Notes under the pieces: model-generated
Database searches by the model: none
What the model was told of the DNA's origin: nothing
What the model saw: the letters and a program-made list of their open reading frames with translations, nothing else
In this document: positions 8,758 to 18,699 of the stretch, one piece after another
Numbering within the stretch: the first letter of the stretch is position 1
Layout: every line of letters starts with the position of its first letter
NCBI GenBank assembly: GCA_049517415.1
Contig: JBEKSC010000024.1
Span: 1 to 44,265 of the forward strand
DNA from: Candidatus Bathyarchaeia archaeon
GTDB taxonomy: Archaea > Thermoproteota > Bathyarchaeia > 40CM-2-53-6
Length of the DNA: 44,265 nt
Reading direction: 5' to 3'
Position numbers and translations under genes: made by a program

Positions 8758-9852
8758 ATGTCGTTAACCAGATTTCTTCAGGCGGCTGGTAATCTCGGAA
8801 AGGGGCTTGCCCTCGTTCTCGTAGTCCTGTCTACGATTAGCTACATTGTTTCGATGGCTCTTGGCCCGATCTTGTTCTTCTCCACGTCCGACGGCTTGAC
8901 CGTTGCCGCAAGGCCAATTCATCAGCTCCCGATTGACGTGTTCACTATCATCGAGATCCCGATCCCACTTATCGGCGTGAGTTTAGGCACATTGTTCGCT
9001 GCAATTTGGGGAGCTTTCGTCCTCTGCTTTATTCTTGCTTGGCTTAGCCGTGGTGGCTTTGCCAAGTCCGTCAGGGACGCATTAAGAAAACCGTTTGCGA
9101 TGGGGAGAACCAACTTTCTCTTCATTATGCCGCTGTTAGCCACTGGCCTTCTTTACGCCACAGTGATCATCGAGCAGTTTCAGGCGACTCAAGGAGTCCA
9201 GACGGGCAACCTGAACTTTCCTCCAGCAACGAGCCCTTACATTATTTTGCTTAACCTTGCGTTCGCACCCCTAAGTGAGGAGCTCGGCTTCCGTATCACT
9301 TCGATCGGCATTCCTTTTGGAATCGTCCTTGCTTTTGTCTTCTTTCGATCCGATCCTAAACTTGCCGGCCTAGTGAACAAACTCAAACTAGTTCTCCTAG
9401 CCATGGTTAGTCCCGAAGCCGCCAAACAGAAGCTGGGCTATAGGAACGTAAGCATGAATGGTTTACTACATGGAATAAGCCCGCTTGAATGGGTGTTGAT
9501 CCTTGTCACTGCTTTTGCGTTTGGTTCTGCCCACCTCTTACTCGGAGGCGGCTGGGAGATTGGGAAAGTCACAACTGCTTTCCTAGCAGGACTGATGTTT
9601 GGCATAGCGTATGTTGCGTATGGTGCCTACGCAGATATTCTTCTCCACTGGTTCTTCGATTACTATTTCACGGTACTCGATATGGGTGGTTCCACATATG
9701 GAGCCGGTTTGGCAGCGTTCGCGAATCTAACCGAAAGCATGACCCTGGTGGCCGGTCTGGTCGTGCTCGTCGTTTACCTTATCTGGTCGGCCCTGAGAAT
9801 ATCGAATTGGCTAACCATGAGAGCAACAGGAATGGCCGCACACAATTCATGA
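8758..9852 (+). CDS. CPBP/Abi (CAAX protease-like) intramembrane metalloprotease
   Basis: EELGFR, FGSAH, ILLHWFFD motifs in a multi-TM protein. Confidence 0.85.
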   Translation: MSLTRFLQAAGNLGKGLALVLVVLSTISYIVSMALGPILFFSTSDGLTVAARPIHQLPIDVFTIIEIPIPLIGVSLGTLFAAIWGAFVLCFILAWLSRGGFAKSVRDALRKPFAMGRTNFLFIMPLLATGLLYATVIIEQFQATQGVQTGNLNFPPATSPYIILLNLAFAPLSEELGFRITSIGIPFGIVLAFVFFRSDPKLAGLVNKLKLVLLAMVSPEAAKQKLGYRNVSMNGLLHGISPLEWVLILVTAFAFGSAHLLLGGGWEIGKVTTAFLAGLMFGIAYVAYGAYADILLHWFFDYYFTVLDMGGSTYGAGLAAFANLTESMTLVAGLVVLVVYLIWSALRISNWLTMRATGMAAHNS

Positions 9853-10004
9853 AGAGCCCTCTTCGACAATCTTATACGATGAGGCTGCTCTCAGCTCAAA
9901 TCGGCTGAGGACCATGTGTGACCGCCAAGTCCAGTAAGCCTAGTACAACCCAATTCCCTAAATGACCGACGCAAAGCAAATTCCGGGTTCGGTGATTGTT
10001 TAAG

Positions 10005-12365
10005 ATGAGCGGGGAGAAAGCTGAAACTGCGAAGAAATTTCTTCCATCGATACCGGAGAAGCGGTGGGATCACAGTTTAGAGCGCGATATCTTCGAAAGG
10101 TGGCAACAAGAAGGACTCTACACTCTAAATTTGAGAAAGGCAGGCAAGCCATTTGTAATTGACACTCCCCCACCCTACCCATCGGGAACATGGCATATCG
10201 GCGCTGTTGCTCAATACTCACAGATTGATATGATCGCTAGAGCCGAGCGCATGTCAGGAAAACAGGTTCTGTTCCCAATCGGTTTTGACCGAAACGGTCT
10301 ACCCGTCGAAATTTACACGGAGAATCTATACAACGTGAAGATGCGGGACACTCCGAGAGAGCAATTCATTACGCTATGCACCACAGCCCTCGACGAACTA
10401 GAGAACAACATGCTCCGCATCATGAAAAGTATCGGACTCAGTGGAGATTACGCTAACAAATATCGAACAGATGATGAAGAATATAGAAAGCTGACGCAGA
10501 CAACCTTCATCGAACTCTGGAACCGAGATCTGATCTATGAAGCAACACGCCCCAACAATTACTGTCACGATTGCGGCACAACCATAGCAGACGCTGAAGT
10601 AGAATACGAAGAGTTGCCGACTCGGCTAGTGCACGTCCAATTCACGGTTGAGGAATCTGGTGAACCTCTAGTAATCGCTACGACGAGGCCTGAACTCATA
10701 TGCTCATGCCAGCTGGTAATGGTGAACCCGGCTGACGAAAGGTACACACGCCTTCATGGGAAACACGCCCGACTGCCAATCTACGACCGCCTAGTGGAAA
10801 TTAGGCCGCACCCAAGTGCACGAACAGAGTTCGGAACTGGGGCCGTAATGATATGCAGTTACGGCGATTACACTGACGTCCTAATCTTCAGAGAGCTAGG
10901 CCTCACAGAAATCATCGCCGCCGGCCAAGATGGGCGATTGACTGATGTAGCGGGACCCTACCAAGGGTTGAGAATGGAAGAGGGCCGGACCAGAATCGTG
11001 CAGGACCTTCAGGCTAAGGGGCTAGTCGTGAAGATGGAGAGTATCATACATCGCACACCGATATGCTCACGAAGCCATACCCCCATCGAAATCGTACCGA
11101 TGAAGGAATATTACCTCAAGCAACTAGCCTTTCTTCCGAAACTGAAACAACTCGCGAAGAAGATTATCTTCCACCCCGATGCCAACAGACAGATTCTGCT
11201 TGATTGGCTGAACTCGATAGCAATCGACTGGCCAATCTCCCGACGCAGAGTCTATGCGACAGAGATACCTGTCTGGTACTGTAAGAAATGTGGCGCTCCG
11301 TTCCTACCGCCTGGTGGACCCTATTACAGACCATGGAGGGACCGACCACCGATCGAAAGCTGCCCAAAGTGCGGTAACCTAGAATTCCAAGGTGACACTC
11401 GAACCTTCGATACCTGGATGGACTCCAGCATTTCCTCTATGGTCATTTCCAAGTATCAACGAGACCAGAAGTTCTTCAAACGTTGCTACCCGGCAAGCAT
11501 TAGGCCGCAGGGAAAAGACATAGTCCGCACCTGGTTGCACTATTCAATTCTGCGGTGTTTCCAATTAACTCAGCAAGCTCCGTTCGCGCACGCTTGGATA
11601 ACGGGAATGGGTGTGGATGAGCAAGGCCAAGCGATGCATAAGAGTAAAGGCAACGTTGTCGAGCCCGAGCCGATTCTTGAGAAATTTGGAGCGGACTCAT
11701 TCAGGTTCTGGAATGCGTCGGAAGCGACCCTGGGCTCGGACTTCCGTTGCTCTGAAGCGCGAATTGCGGGTGCTCACAAGTTCCTCACCAAGCTGTGGAA
11801 CCTCTCTCGCTTCATATCATCATTCCCGCAAGTCAAGAGCGCTAAGCTGCTTGCGAGTGACAAGTGGATATTATCCGAACTTGCGGTCTTAGTTGAGAAA
11901 TGCGTGAAGGGATATCAAGATTACAACTTCTTCATTCCTGCCACCGAGATCAGAGATTTCATTTGGGAAACTTTCGCGTCGCACTATGTCGAAATGGTGA
12001 AACCCAGGGCGTACGGACAAGGCTTCACAAAAGCAGAACAGAAGGCTGCATGGTTTACCCTCCACATTGTCCTAAAGAACGCCCTTCTGCTAATCGCACC
12101 AATAGCCCCTTTCATGACGGACCACATTTGGAGGCAACTCTATGCTACCGAAAGCATACACGCTCAGAAGTTCCACAAACCAGCTTGGTCCAAGGTTCAC
12201 AGGCGCTACACCGAGAAGATGCTGGAGTTCAACAGAGAGGTTTGGAAGGTCAAGAAAGAAAAGGCGTTGGCCCTACGTGAACCTGTAGAAATTCAGGTAC
12301 CGAAGGCCCTAACCCCATTCAAGGACGACCTCATCAGAATGCATTCGTTGATTACCAAACCCTAA
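10005..12365 (+). CDS. valS: Valyl-tRNA synthetase
   Basis: DTPPPYPSG-WHIG, TTRPE, DWPISR, DTWMDS, MHKS (KMSKS equivalent). Confidence 0.95.
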   Translation: MSGEKAETAKKFLPSIPEKRWDHSLERDIFERWQQEGLYTLNLRKAGKPFVIDTPPPYPSGTWHIGAVAQYSQIDMIARAERMSGKQVLFPIGFDRNGLPVEIYTENLYNVKMRDTPREQFITLCTTALDELENNMLRIMKSIGLSGDYANKYRTDDEEYRKLTQTTFIELWNRDLIYEATRPNNYCHDCGTTIADAEVEYEELPTRLVHVQFTVEESGEPLVIATTRPELICSCQLVMVNPADERYTRLHGKHARLPIYDRLVEIRPHPSARTEFGTGAVMICSYGDYTDVLIFRELGLTEIIAAGQDGRLTDVAGPYQGLRMEEGRTRIVQDLQAKGLVVKMESIIHRTPICSRSHTPIEIVPMKEYYLKQLAFLPKLKQLAKKIIFHPDANRQILLDWLNSIAIDWPISRRRVYATEIPVWYCKKCGAPFLPPGGPYYRPWRDRPPIESCPKCGNLEFQGDTRTFDTWMDSSISSMVISKYQRDQKFFKRCYPASIRPQGKDIVRTWLHYSILRCFQLTQQAPFAHAWITGMGVDEQGQAMHKSKGNVVEPEPILEKFGADSFRFWNASEATLGSDFRCSEARIAGAHKFLTKLWNLSRFISSFPQVKSAKLLASDKWILSELAVLVEKCVKGYQDYNFFIPATEIRDFIWETFASHYVEMVKPRAYGQGFTKAEQKAAWFTLHIVLKNALLLIAPIAPFMTDHIWRQLYATESIHAQKFHKPAWSKVHRRYTEKMLEFNREVWKVKKEKALALREPVEIQVPKALTPFKDDLIRMHSLITKP

Positions 12366-12442
12366 TTGAACCTCACGATTTGTGTGCTCAAGTAAGCCCA
12401 ATGATTTAATACCACAAGTGTGGTTGTAACGTTTCGATTTCA

Positions 12443-12733
12443 ATGAAGATATCCGAACTGAAGCCTGGCATGAGGCGTGTTGATGTCACGGCTAAGATTC
12501 TTGAACTTTCCGAAGCAAGAGAAGTAACGACACGGAGGGGCGAACAGTCACGGGTCGCTACCGCGGTAGTCAGCGATGATTCTGGCACCGTTAAGCTAAA
12601 CCTCTGGAACGAGCAAATCGACCAAGTGAAGGTTAACAACTCCATTGCGATCGAGAACGGATATGTCGACAGCTTTCGAGGCGAGACCCAACTCAACGTG
12701 GGTCGCTATGGGAAGCTAACTGTACAACCCTAG
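12443..12733 (+). CDS. ssb: Single OB-fold ssDNA-binding protein (crenarchaeal SSB-like, no tail)
   Basis: MKISELKPG..., DDSGTVKLNLW, ENGYVDSFRGETQLNVGRYG. Confidence 0.9.
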   Translation: MKISELKPGMRRVDVTAKILELSEAREVTTRRGEQSRVATAVVSDDSGTVKLNLWNEQIDQVKVNNSIAIENGYVDSFRGETQLNVGRYGKLTVQP

Positions 12734-12755
12734 CTGAACTTTCACATCCCTTCCG

Positions 12756-13655
12756 TTGCGGTTGGGGAGAGGTTTGAGCGTAGACGACCGCTTCGAAGAG
12801 ATAAAACGTCTCCTCGACTCAACGATAAACGAGTTCCAAACACTTTTCGAGTCAGCGGGTGGCTTCGAAGATTCGCGGGTCGGAAACGGATGGGATCCTG
12901 GGAAGATAACCCCAGAGATTTATTACCTCCAACCGAAACCACTAGAGGAACTTAGCAAAATTGCGGAAGCGCGCAAACGGTCGCTGTTCAAAAACAGGGT
13001 TCTCTCATTTGTGAAACCCAAAGAGCAAGACGTACTAACCTCAGTAGAGCCGCGGCTAAAACTAGTACCATTTTGGAGACTCAAAGGCTACCATGAATGC
13101 TTCTATTTTAGGGGCAATTCATACAAGATTGATTTGCCCGAAGATGTGATAGCCGTAGAGGTCGAAGGTAAGATACGGGATCTTCTTGGGCAAGAATCAG
13201 TTGATACACAGGGCTTGTCAAATATTGCTAAACGGCTTCTTGGCAGAAAAGAGTGGGCTGGCGTAAAGTCAATCCGCTTGGGTGACGTAACAGAATTGGC
13301 CTACATGTACAAGGAAGGATCAATTTTCGTAGACGCCGAGGGCAAAGAGAACCTTGAGGCCGAAGCTTTCTTCGACCGCAACTTACCGCTTCAGAAGATT
13401 AGCGCGGATCAACTGGCAAAAGAGTTACCCGGCGCTGAATTAGGCAAGAGTTCGATGACGAAGGAAGACTTGGTCAGGAAACTTCATGCCATGGTTGTGA
13501 AACCACCAACTGCATTCTCGAAAATTCTCAGCAACCGCTACCAAATAACGCAGCTAGCGGAATATTTGATGCCTGTATATTCATTCATTTATGAATGGCG
13601 TGGGCAGAGAAAGGAACTCACAGTTCACGGGTACACTGGGGGAATTTTTCAGTAG
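12756..13655 (+). CDS. Hypothetical cytoplasmic protein
   Basis: ~300-aa ORF filling the gap; no recognisable motif; start uncertain. Confidence 0.7.
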   Translation: MRLGRGLSVDDRFEEIKRLLDSTINEFQTLFESAGGFEDSRVGNGWDPGKITPEIYYLQPKPLEELSKIAEARKRSLFKNRVLSFVKPKEQDVLTSVEPRLKLVPFWRLKGYHECFYFRGNSYKIDLPEDVIAVEVEGKIRDLLGQESVDTQGLSNIAKRLLGRKEWAGVKSIRLGDVTELAYMYKEGSIFVDAEGKENLEAEAFFDRNLPLQKISADQLAKELPGAELGKSSMTKEDLVRKLHAMVVKPPTAFSKILSNRYQITQLAEYLMPVYSFIYEWRGQRKELTVHGYTGGIFQ

Positions 13656-13658
13656 CAA

Positions 13659-15122
13659 TCATTCGGCCGCGCTTGGCCTGAACCTCTGGATGATTTTTCT
13701 TGCGCGGAAGTAGGTCTTTCTTCCGTACCGTCCAACGGTCCACCGGCCGAACGCCAGTACAGCGACTAGAACGGCCAACAAGACGATGAATAAGTATGGT
13801 TGCGCCGCAACATGATAAGTGGCTGTCCCTGAGTTCCCCAAAGTGTCGGCAGCATTTACTTTAAGCGTCCAAGTTCCCACCCTCCAAATGTCTGCAAACG
13901 TGCTCGAATACGAGGCCCGCCAAGCCTGTATAGTAGGGTCGTACACCGAATTCAGCTCCGCGACGGTGGATCCGGTGGAGACGAATAATTGAACCGTGCC
14001 GTTTGTCAGTTGGGTTCCATCTGGGTACGCAACCTTCGAAATTATGCTGACCTGACCAAACGGAATTTGGATCTGTGTCCCATTCACTTGGCTTTCGATA
14101 ATCAAACTTGCATTTGTCACCTGGAAATAGTTCGAATACAAATTGGCAACGCCACCTTTGTTTCCAAAACCGTCATCAAACGAGGTTGCTGGCAGTTCGA
14201 ATCTGTACTTTGCACTTGGAGTTGCGTTTGCGAGAATCTTGGAGCTCGCACCCCAAATCCCATTTACTGGGTCGGCTAGAGAAAGCGAAGCGAACGCTAC
14301 TGTAACCTGGTCTCGCAAGAGCAAAACTGGTTGCACGGTCGGGTTTGATTTAAGGACCGGGCTTCCATCAGGATATTGAAGAGCGAATGAAGCCGTCGCC
14401 TGGTCAGTACGTTGGTATATGTTCTTAGGCTGTTCCGTGATCTTCGCGGATAACACTGCCACCGTGGCAGTGAACTTTGATTCAGAAACATAATCCTGTT
14501 GTGCGTTGTCGTATGTTCCAGTGCCGTCAATGAAGATTGTATATATGTCAGTAACCCCGTTTTCGGGTATTCTCCAAGTATGGTTGAAATCGCCATTAGT
14601 GGTTGAGGCGAGCGTGGTTTGGTGTACGTAATTTGCCGCTGGGTCGCGAATCGTTAACCTAAGGCTCGTCCCGGGGAACAGGCCTCCTCCCATGATCATG
14701 ACAGATTGTGTTCTCTGGTAGAGCGGTTGCAGTGTTCCCCAAACCCCATAGTGCGCGGTCACTTGCGAGTTATCTATACTGCTTGAAGTGGATAGGCTGA
14801 CAAGATATGTTCCCAGCGGAGAGCTCGCAGTTAAGGGTAGGACAACGCTGGGGGGCATCAACCCGCTAGTAAGGGCGCTGAAACTGGTACCAGTGAAGAT
14901 TGTTTTCTTATCACTAGGCCCCTTTAACCACACATCGTATGCCTGTGCCTGCGAAAGTCCAGATCCCATGAGTGTGACTTCTTTGTCCCGAACTGTGTAG
15001 AGTGGCTGGTCGGTGCGCAAGCTCGGCGCGGCATGGGCAGGGGAAGGCACCAAGGAGAGAATGATGATCAGACCTAGGATGATTACGAACGTCTGGGTCT
15101 TTTTCATTTCGAGCTTCCTCAT
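13659..15122 (-). CDS. Secreted/cell-surface beta-rich protein with signal peptide and C-terminal TM anchor
   Basis: Signal peptide MKKTQTFVIILGLIIILSLVPSPAHA; S/T-rich Ig-like segments; TM followed by basic tail. The start is 15122 or 15107 because the longer ORF overlaps tRNA-Ser. Confidence 0.8.
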   Translation of the reverse strand: MRKLEMKKTQTFVIILGLIIILSLVPSPAHAAPSLRTDQPLYTVRDKEVTLMGSGLSQAQAYDVWLKGPSDKKTIFTGTSFSALTSGLMPPSVVLPLTASSPLGTYLVSLSTSSSIDNSQVTAHYGVWGTLQPLYQRTQSVMIMGGGLFPGTSLRLTIRDPAANYVHQTTLASTTNGDFNHTWRIPENGVTDIYTIFIDGTGTYDNAQQDYVSESKFTATVAVLSAKITEQPKNIYQRTDQATASFALQYPDGSPVLKSNPTVQPVLLLRDQVTVAFASLSLADPVNGIWGASSKILANATPSAKYRFELPATSFDDGFGNKGGVANLYSNYFQVTNASLIIESQVNGTQIQIPFGQVSIISKVAYPDGTQLTNGTVQLFVSTGSTVAELNSVYDPTIQAWRASYSSTFADIWRVGTWTLKVNAADTLGNSGTATYHVAAQPYLFIVLLAVLVAVLAFGRWTVGRYGRKTYFRARKIIQRFRPSAAE

Positions 15123-15148
15123 CACTCTTGCCAAGTCAATGCGTCGGT

Positions 15149-15272
15149 TGGCGCCGGGAGAGGGATTCGAACCCCCGAGGCCCGTAAGGGCCACAGGCTC
15201 GCGTTGATCTTTCACTCAAGGCCTGCGCCTCTGGACCAAGTCCGCACTGTTAATCCACTCGGCCATCCCGGC
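15149..15272 (-). tRNA. tRNA-Ser(UGA) with two introns (21/22: 15231-15250; ~37/38: 15200-15214), encoded CCA
   Basis: Acceptor GCCGGGA/TCCCGGC, G73, anticodon stem CAGGC/GCCTG with loop CTTGAGA after splicing, long variable arm GGCCC-TTAC-GGGCC, T arm GGGGG-TTCGAAT-CCCTC; D-loop BHB GGAT TA|A CAG..TTG GTCC AG|A. Confidence 0.92.
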
Positions 15273-15297
15273 TAACGCTATCCCTGAAGGCGATTCC

Positions 15298-15304
15298 TAT
15301 TTAA
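15298..15304 (-). promoter_or_regulatory. Putative TATA box of tRNA-Ser
   Basis: TTAAATA on the minus strand ~26 nt upstream of the tRNA 5' end. Confidence 0.5.
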
Positions 15305-15338
15305 CTTGCAGGAGCGAAAGCGTCGAAGAGGCCTTCTA

Positions 15339-15773
15339 GTGCCAGCCCCGGGTTACCGACTTCTTCCCCACACGACCGATGCATACATTCAGGCGACTGG
15401 TTCAACCCTAGAGGAGGCGCTTGAGTTCGCCGGAATGGCCCTCTTTGACACTATGTGCGATTTGAAGTCCATTTCCACCGAGCACGTTGAAAAGGTGGAA
15501 GTCACCGCACCAGATGAAGTCGCCCTTCTCCACAATTGGCTCGAAACCTTGTTACTCAAGTTTGAGCTCGAACACAAGGTCTTTGCCAAGTTCAAAGTAA
15601 CACTCGACCGGAAGCTATCAAACAGAATTCAAGCTTTTGCAATGGTTTACGGAGAAACTTACGAGAAGCGAAAGCATGGTGCCAAAGTTGAAGTGAAAGC
15701 CGTAACCCTTCATAGAATTGAAGTCGTTCATAGTGATGGTGCGGTGATCATCAGGTTCATTCTGGATCTTTAG
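15339..15773 (+). CDS. Archease (RtcB RNA-ligase cofactor)
   Basis: Y..LPHTTD, EVKAVTLH, C-terminal ILDL. Confidence 0.92.
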   Translation: MPAPGYRLLPHTTDAYIQATGSTLEEALEFAGMALFDTMCDLKSISTEHVEKVEVTAPDEVALLHNWLETLLLKFELEHKVFAKFKVTLDRKLSNRIQAFAMVYGETYEKRKHGAKVEVKAVTLHRIEVVHSDGAVIIRFILDL

Positions 15774-15831
15774 TTGTGGTGTATCGCTCAGGCGAAGTAT
15801 CGCTTAATTTCATGCCAGACACTCCGAGAGA

Positions 15832-16758
15832 GTGCTGTTTGGCGCAACAAAATTCATCTTCCACAAGGTGCCACCCCTCAGCGGAGAGAAAAAGGTGCAC
15901 TCTGGAAGCATCGAGACCAAACTGTGCGTAGCAATTCCCGCATCTTTGGTATCTGACACCCCACATTTGAGGGAAAAGACAGCCAAATTGGGAGCAATTG
16001 CACGGGCCTGCGCAATTTTCGGTACCCATGAGATAATTCTCTACCCAGACGACGCCCACCAAGAACGAGCAGAGTCCATGCAGCTTTGTAAAGAGATATT
16101 GGGCTTCATCGAGACGCCACAATACCTCCGGAAAAAACTCTTCGGGCTTAGCCCCTCACTCAAGTATGCAGGAATTCTTCCACCCCTGCAAATTCCTTCC
16201 CACGATGTCCCACGATCCGTTCGCGACTGCAAGCAGGGAGATATTCGGGAAGGAGTTGTGATCGCTCGGCACGGAGAGGAGATGGATGTCGATGTTGGAC
16301 TAGAACAGAAATTGGAATGCCACGGGGCGCTTCAAGTCGGAACGAGAATTACGGTGCGGCTAACAAGCGTGGGAAGAATTTTAGTTGGTGAAATCGCCGA
16401 TCCAACCAAGATAAGCATATATTGGGGCTATCGGGTTAAGCAATCGAAATTCAAGTTAGCAACCCTACTTGAGAAGGAGCGATTCGATCTCACAATCGGG
16501 ACGTCTCGATACGGAGCTAATGTACTGGATATTTGGCCAAAGATCAGCAGTTCAATGAAAAATGGTGGGTCAGTTTTGGTAGCTTTTGGATCACCTCGGT
16601 CGGGGCTCACGGAGATTCTCAGCCAAGAGGGAAAGCGCCCTCAAGAGGTCTTCAGTTTCCTCATCAACACTGTTCCAGCGCAAAACGTGGCTACTGTTCG
16701 TACCGAGGAAGCATTGCTCATTTCTTTGGCGCTATTGAATTGTATGAGGCGAGGGTGA
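15832..16758 (+). CDS. SPOUT RNA methyltransferase (C9orf114/MTH1-like)
   Basis: IARACAIFG, ETPQYLRK, YWGY, NTVPAQNVATVRTEEA. Confidence 0.9.
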   Translation: MLFGATKFIFHKVPPLSGEKKVHSGSIETKLCVAIPASLVSDTPHLREKTAKLGAIARACAIFGTHEIILYPDDAHQERAESMQLCKEILGFIETPQYLRKKLFGLSPSLKYAGILPPLQIPSHDVPRSVRDCKQGDIREGVVIARHGEEMDVDVGLEQKLECHGALQVGTRITVRLTSVGRILVGEIADPTKISIYWGYRVKQSKFKLATLLEKERFDLTIGTSRYGANVLDIWPKISSSMKNGGSVLVAFGSPRSGLTEILSQEGKRPQEVFSFLINTVPAQNVATVRTEEALLISLALLNCMRRG

Positions 16759-16765
16759 AGAGAAT

Positions 16766-17554
16766 TTGGCAAGGACGGTAAGCGTTTACGGCGCGGATGG
16801 AAAGTCTGTTGGCAAGGTTGAACTCCCCGACTTCTTCGAGTCACCCGTTCGAACCGACTTGATCAGACGAGCAGTTGTGGCCCTTCATAGCGGTGGCTTT
16901 CAACCTCAGGGCCGTGACCCAATGGCTGGAAAACGTACGACTGCGGAGTCCCTAGGAGTTGGCCACGCCATGTCTCGTGTCCCGAGGGTTAAAGGCGAAA
17001 GATACCCAAGGGGCGGCCAGGCGGGGTTTTCGGTCGGGACCGTGAAAGGTAGGTTAACCTTTCCGCCAACTTCCGCGAAACTGACTCTCAAGAAAATCAA
17101 CAAGAAGGAACTTAGGCTCGCTATGCGTTCCGCGGTGGCGGCGACATCATCAAAAGAACTTGTAAAAGCAAGGGGGCACAGAATCGGAGAAGGCCTCGAC
17201 TTACCCCTCGTTGTTTCAGACGACACAGAAAAGATAACGACGAGTTCAGATGCTGAGAAGATTCTCAAGAACCTAGGAGTGTGGGAAGACGTTGAACGTG
17301 CCTCCGAACGGAAGGCCCGCAGCGGCAGAGGTAGCATGCGCGGTCGTCCCTTCAAGCACCCCGTAAGCGCGTTAGTTGTAGTAGCAAAGAGGCAAGGGGC
17401 CGAGAAAGCTTTCAGGAATTTTGTCGGCGTTAAAGTTGTTGATGTTCCGAGCCTAAATGTTAGCGACCTAGCGCCTGGCACCCATGCAGGCCGGCTGACG
17501 ATTTGGACTCAGTCTGCCCTCAAAGGGCTTGACACCCGACTTGGTGGAAGTTGA
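16766..17554 (+). CDS. rpl4: 50S ribosomal protein uL4
   Basis: GRDPMAGKRTTAES, LAPGTHAGRLTIWT. Confidence 0.97.
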   Translation: MARTVSVYGADGKSVGKVELPDFFESPVRTDLIRRAVVALHSGGFQPQGRDPMAGKRTTAESLGVGHAMSRVPRVKGERYPRGGQAGFSVGTVKGRLTFPPTSAKLTLKKINKKELRLAMRSAVAATSSKELVKARGHRIGEGLDLPLVVSDDTEKITTSSDAEKILKNLGVWEDVERASERKARSGRGSMRGRPFKHPVSALVVVAKRQGAEKAFRNFVGVKVVDVPSLNVSDLAPGTHAGRLTIWTQSALKGLDTRLGGS

Positions 17555-17556
17555 AG

Positions 17557-17826
17557 ATGGCCAAGATCGCTACTAGTGACGTCGTCAAATACCCTCTGCT
17601 GTCAGAGGATGCAGTTACTTTGTTGGAAGCAGAAAACAAGATCACTTTCATCGTAGACATCAAGTGCGATAAACACGACATAAAGAGGGCCATTCAAGAG
17701 CTGTACGAGGTACGAGTCCAGGATGTCAGAACCCTGATCACACCTGAAGGGGAAAAGAAGGCGTTCGTGAAGCTTACACCGGACTTTAAGGCCTCCGACC
17801 TTGCAGTTCGCCTTGGAATACTGTGA
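17557..17826 (+). CDS. rpl23: 50S ribosomal protein uL23
   Basis: ENKITFIVD, GEKKAFVKL, C-terminal LGIL. Confidence 0.97.
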   Translation: MAKIATSDVVKYPLLSEDAVTLLEAENKITFIVDIKCDKHDIKRAIQELYEVRVQDVRTLITPEGEKKAFVKLTPDFKASDLAVRLGIL

Positions 17827-17904
17827 GAACACTTGGTATTCTTCTTCCTGCAAACGGCAACATTAATTAGAACATTACCGAACGAAACGGTTGAGTGACA
17901 AAGT

Positions 17905-18306
17905 TTGCCCCGTGAATTCTCCTACAGAGGTCACACGATTGGCGATTTACAGCAAATGTCCATGGATGAATTTATCAGGATACTGCCCTCGAGGCAAAGG
18001 CGATCACTAACCAGGGGCTTAACAGCGGATCAAAGAATTTTGATGGAACTAATCCGCCATTACAGCAGAAGCAAAGGAAAGGAAGCTAAGCCGATTAAGA
18101 CGCACTGCAGGGACATGGTTGTCTTGCCAGAAATGGTCGGCATGCCACTCCTAGTCCACAGTGGCAAAGAATTCGTATCAATTGATATCAAACCAGAAAT
18201 GATCGGCCACTATATCGGCGAATTTATCATAACCAACAAGAAAGTCGTACACGGAACACCAGGCATCGGAGCATCAAGAAGCTCAATGTATGTGCCTTTG
18301 AAGTAA
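17905..18306 (+). CDS. rps19: 30S ribosomal protein uS19
   Basis: [38 protein letters not shown]. Confidence 0.97.
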   Translation: MPREFSYRGHTIGDLQQMSMDEFIRILPSRQRRSLTRGLTADQRILMELIRHYSRSKGKEAKPIKTHCRDMVVLPEMVGMPLLVHSGKEFVSIDIKPEMIGHYIGEFIITNKKVVHGTPGIGASRSSMYVPLK

Positions 18307-18385
18307 GGCAAGTCTTCTAGACCGACTTCGCCTATTCCCTTGCACCCAGACGTACGTTCCACTAAAGTAGTGCGGGCACAGATTT

Positions 18386-18643
18386 TCAGGCGCGCCTTCT
18401 GACAATTAGGAAAGCAGGCGTAGCCACGATGATTCCTACCAATAATGAGACCAAGACCAATTGAGGACCCACCTGAACGCGCTGAGCCGTTGCACCAACT
18501 GGGCGTGCAACTTCAAACGTTTGCGCAGTCGGGTTCATGTTGAAAACGGGGACAACTGGCACAGAAGTCGCATATGCCATCCCCACACCTAGAAAAACGC
18601 CAAGAAAAGCAGCCAGCCACAATCTGGGTATCATTTCATCCAT
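18386..18643 (-). CDS. Small two-TM membrane protein
   Basis: Two hydrophobic helices and basic C-terminus; downstream of the membrane-anchored regulator. Confidence 0.6.
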   Translation of the reverse strand: MDEMIPRLWLAAFLGVFLGVGMAYATSVPVVPVFNMNPTAQTFEVARPVGATAQRVQVGPQLVLVSLLVGIIVATPAFLIVRRRA

Positions 18644-18699
18644 TCCCTTTGTATTCTGGATTTGGTTAAGTCTACATTTTGGAACAGGGCATTTTTCAT

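Noticed and set aside
9849..9908. Possible box C/D sRNA (ATGAAGA...ACGATGA...CTGA)
   Set aside because: Box spacing is irregular and no target can be identified from the window
15123..15215. N-terminal extension of ORF 13659-15215
   Set aside because: Overlaps tRNA-Ser; the signal peptide starts downstream
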